This document shows positions 53,160-64,000 of a stretch of 64,000 nt of DNA, one piece after another. A program made the translations under genes and the position numbers. The first letter of the stretch is position 1. Each line of letters starts with the position of its first letter. The notes beneath the pieces are model-generated. The model was not told the DNA's origin and ran no database searches. It saw only the letters and a list, made by a program, of their open reading frames with translations. The stretch is from the human T2T-CHM13v2.0 reference genome, Homo sapiens, in assembly GCF_009914755.1 (NCBI RefSeq), contig NC_060938.1; one strand, written 5' to 3'.

Positions 53160-53670
53160 CTAGGTCTAGATATAACAAATTCCTTTAGCGTTTGCTTGTC
53201 AGGAAAGACTTTATTTCTTCTTTGTTTGTGAAGCTTAGTATTTGGTGATTACATAGTCATAAATAACATGGTTAAGCATTTGTAACCTTCATATCTCTGT
53301 GAATAACTGCTAAGAGTTGCTTTCTTATGCCCTTAGGCTTGGCCAGTTTGTCATATCTTGTTGGCATTCTTTTTTTTTTTTTTTTTTTTTGGTAACTACA
53401 CAAATCTCACTATATTGTTTGTATTATTTAAATAGTTAATCCATTTAGAATTTCTATAAATTAAATGTGTTAGTTAATATCTAGAGGCACATGTGAAATA
53501 AATAATTTTTAAAATGTGTTAGTAACTCTTTATATAGGAAAATAAATGGATTTTTATTTACATATCATAACATTTTAACAAGAAAAATGTTCCATTTATT
53601 ACTCTAACAAGACCAAAAAACCAATTTTCTATTTTGTTCCATATTTTGAAAGATTTGTTTTCCCTTTTAG

Positions 53671-53804
53671 ATGCAGACCAACAACGAAGAGAGAAACTCA
53701 AAAAGGAATTAGCACAATGTGAAAAAGAGTTCAAATTAACTAAAACTGCAATGCGAGCCAATTATAAAAATAATTCCAAGTCACTTTTTAATACCTTACA
53801 AAAG
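53671..53804 (+). CDS. SPATA7: SPATA7 exon 5 (134 nt, YADQQRREKLKKELAQCEKEFKLTKTAMRANYKNNSKSLFNTLQK)
   Basis: TTTTCCCTTTTAG acceptor, AAG|GTAAGA donor, in frame. Confidence 0.95.
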
Positions 53805-53888
53805 GTAAGATAGTATTTTTATTTTTTAAAAGCAAATGTTTCTAAGGTACTTCTTTAGTGGTACAATCTGACTTTGTTTACTATAGTT

Positions 53889-54092
53889 TAGGGTCAGCAA
53901 ATTTTTCCTGTAAAGATCCAGATAGTTAATATTTTAAAAGGCTGTTCAGGCCTCTGTCACAACTACTCTGCCATTGGAAGGCGGACATAGACAGTACATA
54001 AATAAATGAGTATAGCCGTGTTCTGCTGAAACTTTATTAACTGAAGACATTGGGTCAGATTTGGCCTGAAGGTTATAGTTTGCAGACCCCAG
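53889..54092. mobile_element. MER58A hAT MITE
   Basis: AGGGTCAGCAAATTTTTCCTGTAAAG...TTTGCAGACCCC. Confidence 0.7.
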
Positions 54093-54094
54093 TT

Positions 54095-56830
<2,736 letters not shown>

Positions 56831-57791
56831 AATGTGGTAGACAAAATTTGAAGACAACACCCCCACAGTGACCCACACCCTTAAGCAATCCCCTCCTCTT
56901 CAGTGCAGGTAGGACCTGTAACTTGCTTCTACCCAGTAGAATATGGGAAAGATGATAGGATGTCACTTCTGTGATTCTGTTATGTGGCAAAAGTGAAGGG
57001 ATATTTTCCCCTGCAGATTAAGGTTTTTGTTCCTTAAAAGAGAATGGAAAAATAAGTCTGGGAAGATTTTCCACAGTGACTGCTGTTTCTCTCCCCAAGC
57101 CACACCAAGAGAAGGTGGGAAAGGGATTCTCTCTACTCTTCCCTATAAGCTTCGAGTAGGTTTCCTGGAGGAAAAGCCTGCAAGAGGTACAAACTCCCCA
57201 AGTCCTCAGGTCCGGTACAGACCTGAGCACATCACTAGTCCACACTCAGTCTTTAGGAAATTAACAAATATTTATAACATAATCTTATCAATTTATGTGG
57301 CATTCCATGGCATCTTTCCCAAGTAAGCAAGTGCTGGGATACTTATCTCTCTCCATATTTCAGGTTAGTTGTTTGCTCTGTGACCTCAGTTCTCTCATTA
57401 GTTCAAGAAAAATCATTAATGTGCAGATCGTTCAGCTTTTTTCTTCTTGTAATGGTGAGAGCTGTGTTCTTTCCATCTCTATCTCTCAGCTGAAACAGTA
57501 AGTTTGTTTTATTTTTATGTGTGGTTTCATTTTTTGAACTTTTAAATTTTGAAAACCTTAGCATTTACAAAAATATAGTATAATAAGCCCACATGTTCCT
57601 ATCACCTAGGTTGTAGCAATGATCAGCTCAGAGCCAGTGTTATTTCACCTATATGCCCACTCACTCTCCTAGGTTGTTTTGATGCAAACCCCAGACACCA
57701 TATAATTTTATCCATAAATATTTGAGTATATATCTAAAAGATAGACTTTTAAAACCACAACAATACTATTATGCCTTAAAAATTAATAACA

Positions 57792-58085
57792 GGCTGGGTG
57801 TGGTGGCCCACACCTGTAATCCCAGCACTTTGGGAGGCCAAGGTGGGTGGATCACCAGGTCAGGAGATCAAGACCATCCTGGCCAACATGGTGAAACCTC
57901 GTCTCTACTAAAATACAAAAAAAAATTAGCCAGGAGTGGTGGTGCGCACTTGTAGTCCCAGCTACTCGGGAGGCTGAGGCAGGGGAATCGAACCCAGGAG
58001 GTGGGAGGTCTCAATGAGCTGAGTTAACGCCACTGCACTCCAGCCTGGTGACAGAGCGAAACTCCGTCTCAAAAAAAAAAATAAT
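57792..58085 (+). mobile_element. AluSc-like
   Basis: GAGATCAAGACCATCCTGGCCAACATGG; TSD AATTAATAACAG. Confidence 0.88.
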
Positions 58086-58626
58086 TAATTAATAACAGTT
58101 CTTTAATAATAAATATCTGATGTTTAGATTTCCCCACTGTCTCCTTTTTGAGTTTGTTAGAGTTGGTATTAGAAGGCCAGCAGTCTCCTTCAACTCAGTG
58201 CCAGGGTTCAGGATGGGGAAGTTTCCTTGCAAGTCATCTAGTTGAGGAGTAGCCATTGAGAGAATCCCAGATTCTCAAGCATGATCTCTTAAGAGCTTTG
58301 TTTTCTGCCCCTAGCACCCATGATGTGGTTTAAAAAAAACTATGGACTGCTGGGCAAAAGCCAGATTGACTGCTCTGCTTACCAAATACCAAGGCTGTAA
58401 TAATGAGTCTGGATTTTTTTCCTTGAGAAATGCTGGGAGCCATAGACCAGTTTTTAGTTGGGAAGTTATGTCATCATACTGACACTACACAGACTACACT
58501 GACAACAGTGGAGGACAGTTACGAGACAGTTGCAGTAATCTGGGAAGCAGTAATTAAGACATGATTCTATGACAGCAGAGAGAGCATAAGGAATACATTT
58601 AAGAAATAATTAGAAAGTAGAATCTC

Positions 58627-58920
58627 GGCCGGGCGTGGTGGCTCATGGCTGTAATCCCAGCACTTTGGGAGGCTGAGGCGGGCGGATCACAAGGTCAGGA
58701 GTTCGAGACCAGCCTGGCCAATATGGTGAAACCCTGTCTCTGCTAAAAATACAAAAATTAGCTGGGCATGGTGGCATGCACCTGTACTCCTAGCTACTCA
58801 GGAGGCTGAGGCAGAAGAATCGCTTGAGTCCAGGAGGCGGGGTTGCAGTGAGCCAAGATTGTGCCACTGCACTCCAGCCTGGGCGACAGAGCGAGACTCC
58901 ATCTCAAAAAAAAAAAAAAA
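58627..58920 (+). mobile_element. AluSg-like, nested in an L2 (~58400-59270)
   Basis: GGATCACAAGGTCAGGAGTTCGAG; TSD AAAGTAGAATCT. Confidence 0.88.
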
Positions 58921-60213
58921 AAGTAGAATCTGCAGGACTTGGTGACTGAGTGGATGATGTGAAGAGTAAGAAGCAGGAGTTAAAATCCTAAGTTTCTGCC
59001 TTGGGCAACTGGGAGAATAGTAATATATCATTCACAGAAATATAATAGGATGAGGTGCAGGTTTTCTTTGGGGCTGGAGGTAATAAGAGATAGGAGTTTA
59101 TTGTTTGGCTGTGTTTGATTTGAGATGCTTTTGGAACATCTAGTATATTTAGTAGACACTTGGATATAAGCATCTGTGTCAGCAAAGAGGTCTGGGCTGA
59201 AAATAGACTTGGGAGTCATCAGGGGAAGCAGTGAATATGATTGAGAGCCCCAGGGCTATTATGTAGATAAAAAGACCAGCAATAGAGCTGCTTCCTTTAG
59301 AATAAATCTGTTATCTGCTCTGTATTATACTTTGCTATCTGGGATTCTGTTCCTCAATATTTGAATCACAGGTGTATTTTCATTTTTAGTGATTGTACTT
59401 TTTAACAGAAAATTTAAAATTTGTTTCTATTATTCAGCATGAGTATAAATTACTAATTAAATTTTGAGATAAGAATGGGGTTTCTTGAAAATACAAATCA
59501 TATATTTTAATATATCTTTTTAATGTATTTTATATATCTATTTATATATAATAAAGTAAAAATATATATTATTTACATATTATATATTTTTAATATATTT
59601 CTGTAAATGTTAGATGTTTTCATTTTTCCAATAGCAACTATAACCCTATATAACTTTTTGCCTCCATAAAGTTGTTAATTTATTATTTTATCTGTATTTT
59701 TATTGACTCCATTTAGGATTCATAGTAACTTGCACTTTGCCTACATTTTTGATAAGCCCTGATAATAAATATTTTAGATACACTCAGATTGTCTTAAGAG
59801 CCTTATTTTGGGTAGTATATTTTGATAATTGAATGGGTGTTATGGTTAACAGACACCTGTTATGGTTATAATTTGTATTCACTGTAAAGGCTGCTATAGT
59901 TAAAATGCTGGCTTTAACCTCTGAATGTATTAGCCCTTTATATACATTATAAAGGTCATATATCAAAAACCTTTTATGATAATTGCCCAATTCTCTTGCC
60001 ACTTTTCTTCTCCCATACTCTGACTCACATGCTGTCACCCTCAGAACCCTCCTAAGCCCTTCCAGTCTTCACCCTGTAACTCTTGAGTCATTCACTACTT
60101 AGTCAATGCTCCCATACTACTCGTTTGCTTCACTGGTGTAGCACTTACTGTGTGCTTTTAAGATTAAGTGAATATGTGGGTGTGAGCTTTATTTCTGAAT
60201 AAATCTAGAAAAG

Positions 60214-60518
60214 AGGCGGGAGCAGTGGCTCACACCTGTGATCCCAACACTTTGAGAGACTGAGGCAGACAGATCACTTGAGCCCAGGAGTTTGAGACCA
60301 GCCTGGACAACATGGCAAAACCCCATCTCTACAAAAAAAAAAAAAAAAATACAAGAAAAAAAAAAAAGCCAGGCATGATGGTGTGTATCTGTTGTCCCAG
60401 CTACTCAGGAGGCTGAGGCAGGCAGATTAATTGAGCCCAGGAGGTCGTGGCTGCAGTGAGCCATGATCAGGCCACTGCACTCCAGCCTGGGTAACAAAGT
60501 AAGATTAAAAAAAAAAAA
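60214..60518 (+). mobile_element. AluJ
   Basis: Alu dimer with expanded A-rich linker. Confidence 0.88.
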
Positions 60519-61844
60519 TCTGGGAAACTTTTTAAAAACAGTACAAAATAGTGAAAATCAAGAGCTATATTTGTTTTATAAAATATAATTTGAAACTTTT
60601 TTGCAAACAGATGTTAGATTTTAAAATAATTTATACCCATCCAATTCTACAATTGAATTGACTCTTCAAGTGTTTAAAAATCCGACAATTGGAAAATTAT
60701 TGTAGGTTATGTCTTCTGACATCCTTAAAAAAGATTGATTTAGTACTGAGTTCTGTATTGTAAAATTCTTGACATGAAAGTATGATGAGTATATAAACTA
60801 TGTTATGGTTATTACTTTACATAAATCTTGAAATCACAGAAACAGTGCACAACAAACCTCGTAAACTAAGAATAACCTAAGAAAGTGAGTGTTCAGGGTA
60901 CCACCAGACTCTTTGCTCCATTGGCACATAATTGATGAACCCTTTTCTGATTTCAGAACTTTACAGTGATCTGCTGTTCATGTTTTGGGATTCTACCAGT
61001 GTGTTACATATATTCTGCACAAATATCTTTATCCAAGTTTCATGATATTCATAGCTAAAGGAAACAAGATGCAGATTGGTACAGTGGATTTTATACTGTA
61101 GTCTACTGGTTTCCAAGGAAAGAAAAAATAGGATACAAGGTAGAAATTATAAGATACAAAAATGGGAAAAGTTTCATGCTTTCTATAAGTTCAGAAGCAA
61201 TTTTTCCATCCCATTTCAGAGAGATAGCTTAACATATACTTCTACCTTTTAAAAAGACTTTCTTCAGTGTTTCATTTTGTTTATTAAATAACCATTACCG
61301 ATAACATTTCTTTACAGGCAATCATAATGGCTTATGCATTTCTTTCTCCTTCCTCTGATCTCAGTTTGTGCTGTTCTTCTAAGTGTAAATAATTCCTGTG
61401 CTTATTAATTAATTGCCCTATAGGATATTTTTAGACTGTACTTAGAAATTTCTTCTTTGAGAGCTAAACTCTTCTGGTACATAAGCTGTAGTGTGAGTAT
61501 CATTTAGGACTACTTATAAAAACTAACATCTTGAAGTCATTTACCAAATAGTACCCTAGTGACTCAAAATTTAATGCCAGCATACTTACTTGCTTTGAGT
61601 AATGTTGTCTTGTATTTGGAATAAGGTTATAAAACAGTTGGAAAGGAAAGGTGATTTGACATATTTTAGATAGTAGTCACAATGTCCAGTTATCTGCAAT
61701 TTTTTTGCTTTGATAAATCAGCACTTTAGGTTAGCTGACTTATTTGTTCCCAGAAAAAGAGTTAAAATCAGTTTAAAATTTTTTATGCTGTAAAAAAAAT
61801 CTAAAATCATATAATTTTCAAATAAGTTTTTAAGTAGACAATAT

Positions 61845-62040
61845 GATAAAGTGGCAAAGAACATGGGCTCTGCCTCTGTTCAAATCTGTGAGACACTGCA
61901 CCTCAGAGCAGTGTTTTTATCTACAAAATAGGGTAATAATTGTACTACCTCTCAGAAGTTGATGTTAGGATTAAATGAGCTATACATGAAAATGAGTACA
62001 GTACCTTGCACATAGTAAGCACACCATACATATTAGTAGC
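61845..62040. mobile_element. MIR
   Basis: TAGGATTAAATGAG..GCACATAGTAAGCAC core. Confidence 0.6.
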
Positions 62041-63032
62041 AGTGATAGAAGTTCTTATTATTCCTCTTCTATTCAATGTCAAGAGCAGTACCTTTCATAC
62101 AGGAAGCCTTTTTCCTTACTCAACTTGTCCATCTTCCCCTTGTTATTCCTCCCAATGAGGTAATAAGACAGATATAATTGGCTAAATCCTAGCGATTTTT
62201 AACCTCAATTTCTGTAACCTCCATGTAATTTCCCCTCTACCTAATGAAAGTGCCTCAGAGTTTTGCAAAGGATATACAGATGTGTCCGTAAGGGCTGAAG
62301 TCATAGGCAAAGCTTCTTAGACATTTTCAGTTTATAAAACAATAAAATACTATCTGTGTTTTTAGACTTTACAAATAACCTGTAGAAATGGTTTTCCTAA
62401 AGTAAAGCCAAAAAGAAATGGAGCAAGTCAAAATGCCTCCCTTTTCAAAGTATTACCCCCACCCCAATGAAAAGAAGTTGAGAAATATATATGAAATTAT
62501 TATGGAATAAATATTTATTAATTATATTTAAATTATCAATTACCTAAATCAGGGCTCCATACATTATGAGGAGAAGTTCCTTTTCGTTTCTTTAAAGGCT
62601 TAACATCACAAAGGGATGGCTTACACTGCACTCTCCAATAATGACAAGACAGGACAGTGAGGATGATGTCACTAATAGTGGTTGAGAAGGGCATTGGTGC
62701 TCACAATTTGTGTGGAAGCTTTCAGATAAAACTGACATCTCCCAATAAATCTTAATATGCAAGTTGAAGATCCCAAATATAGATATGTTATTCATCTTTT
62801 TTTCGTTTCAGAAAGGAAATTGATTGCTCTATTACTTATATTTGGAATTAAATGTTAATATCTTAGTTTAAATACTTGACTAGAACTTCAGATAAAATAT
62901 TAACATCTTCAGGAACATATCAGTTAATTTTGTAAACCCTTGAGGCTATCATTTTTTTAATGTATAATCTCAAAATCCCCAATTACATGAATTCGTAATG
63001 CAGTTGATGACTGTCATATCGAATGTTCTTAG

Positions 63033-63505
63033 CCCTCAGGCGAACCGCAAATTGAGGATGACATGTTAAAAGAAGAAATGAATGGATTTTCATCCTTTGC
63101 AAGGTCACTAGTACCCTCTTCAGAGAGACTACACCTAAGTCTACATAAATCCAGTAAAGTCATCACAAATGGTCCTGAGAAGAACTCCAGTTCCTCCCCG
63201 TCCAGTGTGGATTATGCAGCCTCCGGGCCCCGGAAACTGAGCTCTGGAGCCCTGTATGGCAGAAGGCCCAGAAGCACATTCCCAAATTCCCACCGGTTTC
63301 AGTTAGTCATTTCGAAAGCACCCAGTGGGGATCTTTTGGATAAACATTCTGAACTCTTTTCTAACAAACAATTGCCATTCACTCCTCGCACTTTAAAAAC
63401 AGAAGCAAAATCTTTCCTGTCACAGTATCGCTATTATACACCTGCCAAAAGAAAAAAGGATTTTACAGATCAACGGATAGAAGCTGAAACCCAGACTGAA
63501 TTAAG
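63033..63505 (+). CDS. SPATA7: SPATA7 exon 6 (473 nt, [18 protein letters not shown]...AETQTEL)
   Basis: TTCTTAG acceptor, AAG|GTATGA donor. Overlaps supplied ORF 63063..63560, whose translation matches SPATA7 up to TEL. Confidence 0.95.
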
Positions 63506-64000
63506 GTATGACACATCAGCAACCAACAGTAAATCCTTCAGGAAATTAAATGAAAATTAATGAATTAATATTCCTTGTTTTCTGCTGCCAGCCTTAAGAT
63601 CTGATAGTGCCCTTTTGATTGGAATGAGATGAATGTGACTTTTCCTTTTCCATGTATCACTAGAACTATCAGAGTAATTGCTGAAAAATAGCTATTAAAC
63701 TGGTCAAGCACCTTATGCGTATGAATTACATATTTTATTATTTCAAGCGTGGTTCAAGAATTGTGTATGTTTTTAAATATTATACTTTCAGAGAATTCTT
63801 AAAATAGGTCATCAGACAGCATTTGTGGAAATATGCATATTGATTCATGTTAAAAGTGGCGAAACAATGGGCTATAGAGGGGAAGAAACTAACCCTTTAT
63901 CCATCTAACCCTCTGCTCCATTTCCTGCAGATATTCCGGCCAGTCTTCATAGCAACAACTGCCAAGAATAATTTTAAATTGGGATAATTTCTAGAAATTA

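Larger units (their letters stand above)
48661..53240 (-). mobile_element. Older L1 (L1PB/late L1PA-type) ORF2, interrupted by two LTRs
   Basis: Continuous degenerate antisense ORF2 with an internal deletion near 49925. Confidence 0.8.

Noticed and set aside
59490-59600. AT-rich quasi-palindromic tract (similar at ~18040-18200)
   Set aside because: Low-complexity TA sequence; palindromes expected by chance.
63506-63560. C-terminal [18 protein letters not shown] of the 165-aa ORF
   Set aside because: Intron read-through past the exon 6 donor; nearby ATTAAA alone is too weak to claim a truncated isoform.

Overview
Primate (very probably human) genomic DNA containing the 5' half of SPATA7, a ciliary/retinal-dystrophy and spermatogenesis gene, on the + strand. 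It has a CpG-island promoter at about 22.3-23.1 kb and coding exons 1-6 (22778-22796, 28339-28413, 30351-30446, 33112-33159, 53671-53804, 63033-63505), all with GT-AG boundaries. These splice into MNGSRRVRATSVLPRYGPPCLFKGHLSTKSNAFCTDSSSLRLSTLQLVKNHMAVHYNKILSAKAAVDCSVPVSVSTSIKYADQQRREKL...AETQTEL, and the gene continues past the window end. Codon 2 is AAT (Asn), whereas the canonical protein as I recall it has Asp. Most of the remaining sequence is transposable-element derived. Upstream is a ~15 kb nested L1MA/L1PA/MER4/Alu stack; intron 4 (20.5 kb) is dominated by L1s. There are also MER4-family, MST and MLT2A LTRs, about 18 Alus, MIR/L2 and hAT MITEs. Nearly all other ORFs in the supplied track are repeat-derived or spurious. 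I see no convincing new multi-gene system. The best leads are: three symmetric exons that would form a stop-free circular ORF; an L1 with an apparent 3' transduction; two inverted L1PA7/8-like copies sharing unusual residues; a template-switch micro-inversion; a three-armed Alu; and several competing or cryptic splice sites. Repeat subfamily names and variant identities come from memory and need RepeatMasker/dbSNP confirmation.
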